A stretch of 64,000 nucleotides of DNA, taken from an uncultured Acidimicrobiia bacterium. GTDB taxonomy: Bacteria > Actinomycetota > Acidimicrobiia > Spongiisociales > ZC4RG35. Positions 1 to 8,818 of the stretch are shown here, piece after piece. Below the pieces are notes generated by a model. That model saw only the letters and a program-made list of their open reading frames with translations. It was not told where the DNA came from and did no database searches. Position 1 is the stretch's first letter; each line of letters begins with the position of its first letter. Position numbers and translations under genes: made by a program. The DNA is taken from NCBI GenBank assembly GCA_963744905.1, contig CAVUUV010000006.1, forward strand, positions 129,077-193,076, read 5' to 3'.

Positions 1-161
1 AGTCTGTTCACGCGTAACGGCCAGAGCGGGGATTTTTCACCGTGATCGACAAATAGGTGCTCAACTGGACTACACGCGACCAGCAACGGTGAGTAACCTG
101 ACTCCCGGTTCCCGCGCCGAGGGCGTGGGGACGGCGAGACAGGCGAAGGGAGCGATCGGTA

Positions 162-854
162 ATGGCAGAGGAATCGGTGGTGATCGTCGGAGGCACCGGA
201 GGGATCGGACGCGAGATCGCCCGCCACTACGCCGGGCAGGGAAAGCCGGTGATCATCACCGGACGCGACCCGGACAAGGCCCACGAGATCGCCTCGGAAA
301 TCGGTGAGGGAGTGAAGGGAATCGCCTTCGACCTGGCCGACCCACCCTCCATTGCCCCCGCACTCGGTGACATCGGTCCGGTTTCCCGGCTGGTTCTGAC
401 CGCTATCGCCCGGGACAGCAACCCCGTCAAGAGCTACGACTACTCGACTGCCACCTACCTCACCACGATGAAGCTGGTCGGGTACACCGAGACCATCCAC
501 GTTCTGCTTCCCAAGCTGACCGAGAGGGCTTCGGTCGTCCTCTACGGAGGCCTGGCCAAAGAACGCCCTTACCCCGGCGGCACCACGGTTGCCACCGTCA
601 ACGGGGGGATCACCAGCCTGATCCGCCCCCTGGCCATAGAGCTGGCACCGATCAGGTTCAATGCCATCCACCCCGGCATCGTGGGCGACAGTCCCTTCTG
701 GAAGGAAAAGCCCCTCGACGTGTACATAGAGCGCACTCCCACCGGCCGCCTGGCGACCATGGCCGATGTCGTCGACGCTACGGTGTTTCTCCTGGAGAAC
801 GAGTCGGTCAACGGCGTCAACCTGTACGTCGACAGTGGCTGGATGGTGATGTGA
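162..854 (+). CDS. short-chain dehydrogenase/reductase (SDR)
   Basis: N-terminal Rossmann motif VIVGGTGGIGREIA; 230-aa ORF with typical SDR length. Confidence 0.85.
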   Translation: MAEESVVIVGGTGGIGREIARHYAGQGKPVIITGRDPDKAHEIASEIGEGVKGIAFDLADPPSIAPALGDIGPVSRLVLTAIARDSNPVKSYDYSTATYLTTMKLVGYTETIHVLLPKLTERASVVLYGGLAKERPYPGGTTVATVNGGITSLIRPLAIELAPIRFNAIHPGIVGDSPFWKEKPLDVYIERTPTGRLATMADVVDATVFLLENESVNGVNLYVDSGWMVM

Positions 855-878
855 ATCCCTTCTCCAATTGGGGCCGAG

Positions 879-1523
879 GTGGATGAGACCCACAGTCCCG
901 GCAACCTCCAGGACGCCCTAGACGGAATCGGCGGCCGTCTCCGCGAAGAGCGGATCAAGGCCGGCATCAGCCAGCGTGAGCTGGCCCGGCGACTGGGACT
1001 GTCCGCCAGCCTCATATCCCAGCTGGAGAGTGGAGTGTCGAAGCCGTCGGTCGGAACCCTGTACGCCATCGTCACCGAGCTGGACCTGTCGCTGGATCGC
1101 ATCATCCACGGCGAGGAGAACCCCCATGAGCGCAACGACTTCCCTACCGACGGCCGCAGCCGCAGCCCGCTCGTGCATCCGGGGCAGCGGTCCGCCATCG
1201 ACCTCGACTCCGGCGTCCGATGGGAACAACTCACTGCTGGAACCGAGGACGGGGTGGACTTCCTCGAGGCAATCTATGAGGTAGGCGGCGCCTCCACACC
1301 CGACCGGTCGCTGATGCGCCATCACGGTCGCGAGTACGGCTACGTGGTCTCCGGTCGGCTCGGTGTGCAGATCGGGTTCGAGCAGCACGAGCTGGAGCCG
1401 GGTGACTCCATCGCCTTCGATTCCACCCTCCCCCATCGTCTCTACAACATCGGGGACGTGCCGGTCCACGCCATCTGGTTCGTGGTCGGCCGGGAGGCCA
1501 CCGACCACACCGAGATCGACTAG
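879..1523 (+). CDS. XRE-family HTH regulator with C-terminal cupin domain
   Basis: HTH segment ISQRELARRLGLSASLISQLESG; cupin-like C-terminus GDSIAFDSTLPHRLYN; GTG start. Confidence 0.85.
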   Translation: MDETHSPGNLQDALDGIGGRLREERIKAGISQRELARRLGLSASLISQLESGVSKPSVGTLYAIVTELDLSLDRIIHGEENPHERNDFPTDGRSRSPLVHPGQRSAIDLDSGVRWEQLTAGTEDGVDFLEAIYEVGGASTPDRSLMRHHGREYGYVVSGRLGVQIGFEQHELEPGDSIAFDSTLPHRLYNIGDVPVHAIWFVVGREATDHTEID

Positions 1524-1936
1524 CGCGACTTCCAGGACGCGATCTGGCGCTGCACGTCGGCGGCGTCGAACCAGGCGTTCTCGTAGCTGATCAACCCGTC
1601 CCGGAGCTCGAATACGTGCAGGATGCGCACCCTGACCGGGGCCCCGCCCCCGTTGACACCTGCCCAGTCGCCTTCGACGTGGCCGGTCAGGATCGACTCG
1701 TCGACGACGAACCGGCCACCCTCACCTGCGAATCGCTTGACGGTGTCCAGGCGCACGTCGGGGATGGCATCGATGATTCCCGAGTAGACCTCGGCCACCT
1801 CCGTCTTTCCCCGGAAGGGGGAGTCGGGATGGGTGACGTCGTCCCAGACGATGTCGTCGGTGTAAGTGGCCAGCGTTCCTTCCACGTCGTGAGCGTTCTC
1901 GGCGGCGAAATGTCGATCGATGATGTCCACGCGCAC
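1520..1936 (-). CDS. SnoaL-like / NTF2-fold (ester cyclase-like) protein
   Basis: 138-aa ORF with the NTF2-like pattern HFAAENAHDVEGTLATYTDDIVWDD; 4-nt overlap with the neighbouring stop. Confidence 0.65.
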   Translation of the reverse strand: MRVDIIDRHFAAENAHDVEGTLATYTDDIVWDDVTHPDSPFRGKTEVAEVYSGIIDAIPDVRLDTVKRFAGEGGRFVVDESILTGHVEGDWAGVNGGGAPVRVRILHVFELRDGLISYENAWFDAADVQRQIASWKSR

Positions 1937-1960
1937 CCTTTCGACTGGAGCGCCGCCAGG

Positions 1961-3016
1961 TTAGATCGACGGAGTGGAGAACGGCTGTGCGGGCGCTCCG
2001 GGGTGAATCACGGTCCTGATGTCGCCACCGAAAGACTCCAGGTCGTCCAGGGCACGGTTCACCGCCCCGGCGTCGAGCGGCACTGTGCGACTGACGATGC
2101 CACTGAGATCCAGCCCCCCCGCCTGAGCGATCTCCATCAACTCGACGAGTTCGGCATAGAGGTGGTCCATCACCCCGATCAGCTCGGTCTCTCGCCGCAT
2201 CAGATCGTCGTACATCGCTACCTCGGTCGCCGAGCCGGTCAGTCCCACAATGGCCGCCCGGCCCCGGGGCCGGAGGGATTGAAGGGCCTGGGTCGTGGTG
2301 AGAGGGAGACCGATCAGCTCCAGGGCGACATCAGCACCTCCCAGAGCTTGGATCGCCGCCACCGGGTCCTTCTCCGACGCATCGACGGCATCGAATCCCA
2401 TCCGGCGGGCCCGCTCGACCTTCCCCTGGTCGATGTCGACCCCGACCACATCGGAGGCGCCCAACCAACGGGCCAGCTGCAGGGCCGAGAACCCCAGGCC
2501 GCCCAGCCCATAGACCGCCACCCTCTCCCCCGACCGGAGCCGCGCTCTGTGTAACGCATGCAGGCTCGTGGCCGACGAGCACATCATGATCGCGGCGGAA
2601 TCGAAATCGACCGATTGGGGCAGGGAGACGAGGTTGGAGGCCGGCACCACTACGTACTCGGCGAAGCCACCGTCCCGGTGGTTGCCGATCATGGCCCCCT
2701 CGACACAGAACTGCTCCCCGCCCTCCAGGCAGGGCGGGCATTCGCCGCAGCTGGTCTGATAGTGGACGCCGACACGATCGCCAGGGCTGCAACCCGTCGT
2801 CTTAGGGCCCAGGGCGGCCACGGTCCCCGATATCTCATGGCCCAGAACCCGGGGTAGCGGTGGAAGACGGGGATCGCCGGCCCGGTAGTGGACGTCTGAG
2901 CGACAGATCCCCGCCGCATGTACCCGCACCAGCGCCTCTCCCGGTCCCGGCTCGGGATCCGCCAGCTCCACCAAGCGCAGGGGCCCACCCGCTCTATCGA
3001 GATGCAAAGCCTTCAC
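1961..3016 (-). CDS. zinc-dependent alcohol dehydrogenase family protein
   Basis: GHEISGTV zinc-ligand motif, structural Cys cluster CGECPPC, GLGGLG NAD-binding motif. Confidence 0.9.
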   Translation of the reverse strand: MKALHLDRAGGPLRLVELADPEPGPGEALVRVHAAGICRSDVHYRAGDPRLPPLPRVLGHEISGTVAALGPKTTGCSPGDRVGVHYQTSCGECPPCLEGGEQFCVEGAMIGNHRDGGFAEYVVVPASNLVSLPQSVDFDSAAIMMCSSATSLHALHRARLRSGERVAVYGLGGLGFSALQLARWLGASDVVGVDIDQGKVERARRMGFDAVDASEKDPVAAIQALGGADVALELIGLPLTTTQALQSLRPRGRAAIVGLTGSATEVAMYDDLMRRETELIGVMDHLYAELVELMEIAQAGGLDLSGIVSRTVPLDAGAVNRALDDLESFGGDIRTVIHPGAPAQPFSTPSI

Positions 3017-3038
3017 GGTCGCACCCTACCGAGCAGCC

Positions 3039-4655
3039 TCAGCCGGATAGGTCTGGTTCCGGGGGCTTGTCCGCGTACCTGATATCGGGAAGCCGGAGCG
3101 AGAGGAGGAATCCCGCCACCACGAAGACGACCGCTGCCAGGCCCGTCGTCCTGGCAGCGGAGGCGAAGGCATCCGACACTGCCGCCACCACTTTCTCTGA
3201 CCCCGGTTGCTGGGCGATTACCGGCAGGGCCTGCCCGGCCGAACCCGAGATCGCCTCCACGATTCCCTGGCGGGCCTGCGGTGGCAAATCGGGTATTGCC
3301 GCCAGAGCGTCCTGGGTGCCGGTCCGCAACCCCGCCGCAAGGACCGTTCCCAGAAGCGCAATCCCCACCGCCGCCCCCACCTGTCGGAAAGTGGACTGCA
3401 TTCCCGAGGCCTGTCCCGACTCCCGGGGAGGGATCTCGGCCAGGATGACGCTGGTCAACTGGGCACTGGCCAGACCGACCCCCACCCCGTAAACCGCCAG
3501 GCCCGGCACGAAGGCCCAAACGTTGCGGTCCGGGGCGAGGAGAAGCGCCACCGTGGTGATGGCGATCGCCTCGAGCGCCATGCCGGTGCTCACCACTCTC
3601 CGGGGGCCGACCCGGGAGGCGAATGCCCCCGCAGTAGGCCCGGCCACGAAGGCCCCGATAGCCAATGCCATCAACAGCAAGCCGGTTCGGAAGGCGGAGA
3701 AATCCAGCACGGCCTGCAAGAACAGCGGCAGGACGAATATCAGGCCGAATTCACCCAGGGCGAGGATCATGGCCGTGGCGTTACCCAGGGTGAAGGATCG
3801 GAAGCGGAACAGGAAAAGGTCGAACAGCACCGCCTTGTCGGCGGCGCGCCGGCTCCTCTGGGTGACTATGAATGCCCACAGAGCCAGGGCACCCACCACA
3901 AAGGTGACCACCGTCGGCGCGATGGAGTCGAGCGGCCAGCGGAATCCGCCGACGACGAAGGGCTCGGTTGGCTCGAAGAAGCCGAATCGGGGACCTTCGA
4001 TCAGGGCGAAGACCACGCCGGCCATGCCCACGCCCGAGAGGAGCACGCCTCCAATGTCGAACCCCCTCACGCGTTCACCCTCCCGGGTCTCCTTGACCCA
4101 CAGCAACGTGCCGATCAGGGCCAGGGCACCTATGGGGACGTTGATGTAGAAGGCCCATCGCCAGGAGTGGGCGGTGGTTAGCCAGCCGCCCAGGAGGGGG
4201 CCCACGGCGGCCATCCCCCCGATCACCGAGCCCCACACACCGAAGGCGATGCCGCGTTCACGGCCCTGGAAGGTGGCGTTGACCGTCGAGAGGGTGGAGG
4301 GGAGGATCACGGCGGCGCCCAGGCCCTGGAGCAGGCGAGCGAAGATCAGGGTTCCTCCGCCGTCGGCACGGCCCGCCAGCATGCTGGCTCCGGCGAAGAC
4401 GACCAGACCGATCATGAACAGCCGGCGACGTCCGTAGATGTCACCGACCTTGCCCAGGGTGATGAGCAGGGCGGCGAAGACGAGCGAGTAGATCGAGTTG
4501 ACCCACTCGGCGTCGGACAAACCCAACCCGAAGTCCCGGATGATGGAGGGGAGGGCGACGTTGACGATGGTGGCGTCGACGATGATCATCGAGACGCCCA
4601 GGCTCAGCACGGCCAGTCCCAGCCAGCGCGTCCGTTCGGTAACCCGCATCGTCAC
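3039..4655 (-). CDS. MFS transporter, DHA2 (EmrB/QacA-like, 14-TMS) family
   Basis: 538 aa, many hydrophobic segments, motif GKVGDIYGRRRLF. Confidence 0.85.
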   Translation of the reverse strand: MTMRVTERTRWLGLAVLSLGVSMIIVDATIVNVALPSIIRDFGLGLSDAEWVNSIYSLVFAALLITLGKVGDIYGRRRLFMIGLVVFAGASMLAGRADGGGTLIFARLLQGLGAAVILPSTLSTVNATFQGRERGIAFGVWGSVIGGMAAVGPLLGGWLTTAHSWRWAFYINVPIGALALIGTLLWVKETREGERVRGFDIGGVLLSGVGMAGVVFALIEGPRFGFFEPTEPFVVGGFRWPLDSIAPTVVTFVVGALALWAFIVTQRSRRAADKAVLFDLFLFRFRSFTLGNATAMILALGEFGLIFVLPLFLQAVLDFSAFRTGLLLMALAIGAFVAGPTAGAFASRVGPRRVVSTGMALEAIAITTVALLLAPDRNVWAFVPGLAVYGVGVGLASAQLTSVILAEIPPRESGQASGMQSTFRQVGAAVGIALLGTVLAAGLRTGTQDALAAIPDLPPQARQGIVEAISGSAGQALPVIAQQPGSEKVVAAVSDAFASAARTTGLAAVVFVVAGFLLSLRLPDIRYADKPPEPDLSG

Positions 4656-4727
4656 CTCTTTCCTGACACAGCGTCGACAAGACGCTAGCCGACCTCCGGT
4701 CCTGTCGGGTTCACCTATCGTTCGACC

Positions 4728-5513
4728 ATGGATCTAGAGGTCCTGGAACACCATCCCGACCATCGCTCCCCCCACCCACCCCTCATGTTCGTTCACGGTT
4801 TCTGGCAAGCAGCTTGGTGCTGGGATGAGCACGTGATGGGGGCCATGGCAGCACTTGGCTACGACTGCTACGCGGTGAGCTTGAGAGGCCACGGTGGTAG
4901 CGAAGGCAGGATCCGGGGCGGCTCCATCGACGACTACGTCGCCGACGTGGCGTCGATCGCCGCGACGCTCGAGCGAGAGCCGGTGGTGATCGGACACTCG
5001 ATGGGAGGTTTCACCACCCAGCACTACCTGGCCAGGGGGCTCCCGGCCGCGGCCGGTATCCTCGTCTCCTCGGTGCCCGGCCGCGGAGCCTGGAGAGCTG
5101 CACTCAAGGCGGCCCGGAACCATCCCGTCGTCTTCGCCCGGATCAACGCCACCCTCAACGTCGGTCCCCTGGTGGAGACGCCCGAACGGGCCCACGAGTA
5201 TCTATTCGCCCCCTCGGTTCCTCACTCGGTGGTGGAGCGCTACTCGGCCAGACTGCAGGATGCCTCATTCAGGGCCTTCCTGGATCTGCTCCTGAAAACG
5301 CCCGACCTCTCCGAAGGTGGCAGCCCCCACTCTGGTCATCGGTGGCGACGAGGACGCCTTCTTCGACATCGACGAATGACAGGACACGGCAACCGGGCTG
5401 GGGCCGACCTGGTCGTCATCCCGGGAGCCGGACACGAGATCATGCTCGAGGAGGCCTGGACCCGTTTGGTCGACCACTTCGATGGGTTCGTCTCGGGCCC
5501 GACTGAGGTCTAG
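4728..5513 (+). CDS. alpha/beta hydrolase with a locally frame-disrupted segment (5314-5376 reads better in another frame)
   Basis: Nucleophile elbow GHSMGG and C-terminal VVIPGAGHEIM. The alternative frame gives KVAAPTLVIGGDEDAFFDIDE followed by TGA. Confidence 0.75.
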   Translation: MDLEVLEHHPDHRSPHPPLMFVHGFWQAAWCWDEHVMGAMAALGYDCYAVSLRGHGGSEGRIRGGSIDDYVADVASIAATLEREPVVIGHSMGGFTTQHYLARGLPAAAGILVSSVPGRGAWRAALKAARNHPVVFARINATLNVGPLVETPERAHEYLFAPSVPHSVVERYSARLQDASFRAFLDLLLKTPDLSEGGSPHSGHRWRRGRLLRHRRMTGHGNRAGADLVVIPGAGHEIMLEEAWTRLVDHFDGFVSGPTEV

Positions 5514-5677
5514 GAGCCTGTTGGATGATGCCGTTGCTCGGATTGGCGGCAAGGCGCGCCAGCCGCAAGGCCGAGGTTTCGCCACTCCTTGTGCCGGAAT
5601 GGCGGGGCCGAGAACGCAGTGGGGAGGTGGTGATGCATGTCGTCAAGATGGGTGACATGCATTGTTCAACGGGCTCC
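5513..5677 (+). repeat. 165-nt structured repeat element, copy 1 (MITE-like or ncRNA)
   Basis: Near-identical to 40552-40713. Termini GGAGCCTGTTG / CAACGGGCTCC are complementary. Internal perfect hairpin ATGCATGTC...GACATGCAT. Confidence 0.7.
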
Positions 5678-5803
5678 GAGTGCTGCGTTGCACGTCCCGA
5701 TTTCTGGACTGGCGAGCGACGCGAACCCGGGAGGGATGTCCCGAAGACGCGGCTGGCACAACAGACGCGCCCTTCGTCCTATTAAGAACTACCCGGGAGA
5801 AGG

Positions 5804-7006
5804 CTACGAAGCACGAACGCCGCCACCACCTGCGTGACGATCACCACGCCCACGAGCAGCTGGAACCGAACGGTCGTAGAGGAATCCGAGCACGACCCCG
5901 CCTCCGAGCAGAGCCATCCCGTAGGCGGTGTTGAAAACCCCGTATGCGGTGGCGCGGCGCCCGGAAGCCGACAGGTCGGCGACGGCGGCACGAAGGGTCG
6001 ACTCCTGGATTCCCATGACCGCCCCCCACACGGCCACCGCCGACCAAACCAGCCATACCGTCGATGAGAAGGCCAGGGCAGTCAGGGCGGACAAGCCCGG
6101 CAAGAGCAGCAGGACTCGAAGCCCACGGCGATCGTAGGCACGTCCCGACAGCAGGGCCGAGCCGGCATCGACCGCCATGGCCAGAGCAAACATCAGGGGT
6201 ACTACGGGGTCCCCGACAAGGGAACGGTCGGTGACGTGGAAGGCGATGAGCGGGAAGGGGGCGAATCCGAGTGCCGACAGGAACACGAACCCGAAGTAGG
6301 TCCTGGCCCGAAGATCGGCTCTGTCCTCGTTCTCCGCAACGGATGAGGAGTTGGCACCTGCGATGTCGGAGGTCTGATCCCCGGCCACCCGCCGGGCCAG
6401 TCCCAGCGAAAGCAGTGCAAGTGCCCCGGGGACCGCCAGCACGGTGAAACCGAGGCGGTAGTCCCCCTGGCGCAGGGCGAGTACCCCGGCCAGTAACAGT
6501 GGCCCGACCACGGCGCCGGTCTGATCGAGAGCTTCGTGGATGCCGAACCCCCAGCCTCTCCCCAACGGCGCCGCCACCTCCGAGAGGAGTGCGTCGCGGG
6601 CGGGCGAGCGAACCGCCTTGCCCAGTCGCTCGGCCACGACCAATGCCAGCGCCAGATCGACACGTCCCACCCACCCCAGAAGAGGGACGGCGATCACGGT
6701 GAGCCCGTAACCGACAAAGGTCATCGCCCAGTATCCCCGGGTGCGGTCGGCCACGACACCCGTCACCCAGCGCAGGGCGTAGCCGACGAACTCTCCCGCC
6801 CCCGACACGAGGCCGACCACCGCCGCCGAGGCTCCGAGGGTCGCCAGGTAGGGGCCGAGGACGCTGCGCGCTCCCTCGTAGACGATGTCGGCCAGGAGAC
6901 TGACCACCCCGAAGGTGACCACCGCCGCCATCGCCTGCCGCCGTAACCCAGGGCCGAGCGTCGAGTCTCCGCCCGACCTGCTCGAACCCTCTCCGGGCTC
7001 TTTCAT
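5804..7006 (-). CDS. MFS transporter
   Basis: 400 aa and polytopic. The start overlaps the stop of the upstream ribokinase-like gene by 4 nt. Confidence 0.8.
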   Translation of the reverse strand: MKEPGEGSSRSGGDSTLGPGLRRQAMAAVVTFGVVSLLADIVYEGARSVLGPYLATLGASAAVVGLVSGAGEFVGYALRWVTGVVADRTRGYWAMTFVGYGLTVIAVPLLGWVGRVDLALALVVAERLGKAVRSPARDALLSEVAAPLGRGWGFGIHEALDQTGAVVGPLLLAGVLALRQGDYRLGFTVLAVPGALALLSLGLARRVAGDQTSDIAGANSSSVAENEDRADLRARTYFGFVFLSALGFAPFPLIAFHVTDRSLVGDPVVPLMFALAMAVDAGSALLSGRAYDRRGLRVLLLLPGLSALTALAFSSTVWLVWSAVAVWGAVMGIQESTLRAAVADLSASGRRATAYGVFNTAYGMALLGGGVVLGFLYDRSVPAARGRGDRHAGGGGVRAS

Positions 7007-7938
7007 GGCCGGCCGGGGTCTCCGAGAGCTTCCTGAACCTCGGCGAAGGTGGGTAATGCGAGACCAGATCGGCTCACCGAGAGCGCACTGGCGGCGTTGG
7101 CGAACCTGGCCGCTTCCGCCCAGTCCTCTCCCCCGGCCCTGGCAACAACCAGACCGGCCATGAACACGTCGCCCGCCCCGGTCTCATCCAGCGCCTCGAC
7201 CGCGATGGTGGGGATCATCTCCGCTCCCTCTCCGCCGGCCAGCAGCGTTCCGTCGGTTCCCAGCTTGACCAGGACCCTCCGCACTCCGAGGGCCAGGAGG
7301 TCGGCGGCGGCCATCCGGGCCATGGGCTCGGTGCTGACCTCCCTCCCGGTCAGGCCACCCGCCTCGGTGGCGTCGGGAGTGATCGCTTCGGCGCCGGCCA
7401 GCATCTGTTGAGTGACGGCCTGGGGAGGACTGGGGTCGAGGAACAGCGGGACGCCCGACTCCCCGCACCATGAAGTCAGCGCCGACAGGACCACCGGGGG
7501 GATCTCCGCCTGGGTGACTACGGCGTCACATCGTGCGAGGGTGTCGAGAGCCGGTTCAACGTGCTCCCACTCGAGGCCGTCGTTGGCCCCGGGCACCAGC
7601 ACCCTGGTGACATGATGGCCTTCGACCAGATCGATGACCACGAACCCCGTCCTCTGGTCCGGCGTCTGCACCACGAAGGAGGTATCGACGCCGTCATCGG
7701 CGACCTCCGCCAGGCACATCCGACCGAACTCGTCTTGACCGATCCGCCCGACCAGGATCGCCGAAGCCCCCAACCGCGCCACGGCACGGGCCTGGTTGGC
7801 CCCCTTCCCGCCCGGCTCCACCAGATAGTCCTTGGCGGTGAGAAGCCCGGGACGACCATCCATTCCCGCCCCGAAGAGGTGGATGTCCATATTCAGCCCT
7901 CCGATCACACCGATTCGAGCATGGGGGGCAGACATCAT
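7003..7938 (-). CDS. rbsK: ribokinase / PfkB-family carbohydrate kinase
   Basis: GGKGANQARAVARLG and C-terminal DETGAGDVFMAG PfkB signatures. Confidence 0.8.
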   Translation of the reverse strand: MMSAPHARIGVIGGLNMDIHLFGAGMDGRPGLLTAKDYLVEPGGKGANQARAVARLGASAILVGRIGQDEFGRMCLAEVADDGVDTSFVVQTPDQRTGFVVIDLVEGHHVTRVLVPGANDGLEWEHVEPALDTLARCDAVVTQAEIPPVVLSALTSWCGESGVPLFLDPSPPQAVTQQMLAGAEAITPDATEAGGLTGREVSTEPMARMAAADLLALGVRRVLVKLGTDGTLLAGGEGAEMIPTIAVEALDETGAGDVFMAGLVVARAGGEDWAEAARFANAASALSVSRSGLALPTFAEVQEALGDPGRP

Positions 7939-8051
7939 CCTGAGGAGAGATTATTCGCTCCGGGGACAGGGGACTTCGACAGGAGGAATTCCACGCACAC
8001 ATAGATCTCGAGCCGCGTTTTAGGATCGAGCCAGGCAACCAGGAGGTCCAA

Positions 8052-8435
8052 ATGGCTGACATAGAGGTCATTCATGCCGCAGACAGGGAGGTAGCCGCCG
8101 CAGATGCCACCTCCGGCATGGTGCGGGAACAGGCCGTTTCCGAAGACGGAATATGGATGGGTCTGGTGCGGGCTGCCGCTCAGAAGCCTTCCGGCTGGCA
8201 CCATCACGGTGACTACGACACGTATTTCTATGTCGAGGGAGGGACGATTCGGATGGAGTTCGGTACCGACGGCTCAAAGGCGATCGAGGCCGGACCGGGC
8301 GATTTCGTGCACGTGCCGAAGAGAGTCGTCCACCGAGAGGTGAACTCAGCCGACCATGAGGGGGCCATCATCCTGGTGCGGGTGGGCAGCGGCCCTCCCG
8401 TAGTCAACGTCGACGGGCCCGACCCGTCGAGCTAG
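8052..8435 (+). CDS. cupin domain protein
   Basis: 127 aa; GWHHHGDYDTYFYVEGG ... GDFVHVPKRVVHRE two-motif cupin pattern. Confidence 0.75.
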   Translation: MADIEVIHAADREVAAADATSGMVREQAVSEDGIWMGLVRAAAQKPSGWHHHGDYDTYFYVEGGTIRMEFGTDGSKAIEAGPGDFVHVPKRVVHREVNSADHEGAIILVRVGSGPPVVNVDGPDPSS

Positions 8436-8443
8436 GGGATCCC

Positions 8444-8620
8444 TCAGCTCGGCGGAGGCCCCCGGGGCACCCGATCGAAACGAGCGAAGTCGACATCGTA
8501 GGAAACGATGGCGCGGCGGTGCTCGATCGCCAGCGCCGCCAGATGGGCGTCGTTGACCAGGTTGCCGCCTGCCCCTACATCCTCGAGCAGCCCTCGAACG
8601 ATCCGAGTGTGATCCGGCGT
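8444..8620 (-). pseudogene. PIN-domain (VapC-like) toxin, C-terminal fragment only
   Basis: Minus-strand frame reads TPDHTRIVRGLLEDVGAGGNLVNDAHLAALAIEHRRAIVSYDVDFARFDRV then stop. No N-terminal PIN half is present. Confidence 0.6.
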
Positions 8621-8811
8621 CGGTTCACGACGGAGTCACCCATCGAGGCCGTTTCCGTCCGAAACGGTGATCGGGCGGCCGAATCCGAAACCCCGGTGCG
8701 GATGGCATCGTCGAGAGCTTCCTTGACCGACACACCCCCCACCCCGCGCTCCCTCATCCGACGCTGGATTATCTGCTCCGTGTCGGGATCGAGCGTGACC
8801 GTTGTGCGCAT
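8575..8811 (-). CDS. VapB-like antitoxin (MRTTVTLD type), C-terminus replaced by read-through into the PIN remnant
   Basis: Starts MRTTVTLDPDTEQIIQRRMRERG, as in actinobacterial VapB antitoxins. The tail overlaps the PIN fragment in a different frame. Confidence 0.6.
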   Translation of the reverse strand: MRTTVTLDPDTEQIIQRRMRERGVGGVSVKEALDDAIRTGVSDSAARSPFRTETASMGDSVVNRRRITLGSFEGCSRM

Positions 8812-8818
8812 GGTCGCA

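Noticed and set aside
5513-5677. Assigning the 165-nt element to a known riboswitch, 6S, SRP, tmRNA or ribozyme family
   Set aside because: I could not find diagnostic conserved cores (for example the hammerhead CUGAUGA or tmRNA termini). The downstream gene contexts of the two copies are unrelated. It is left unclassified.
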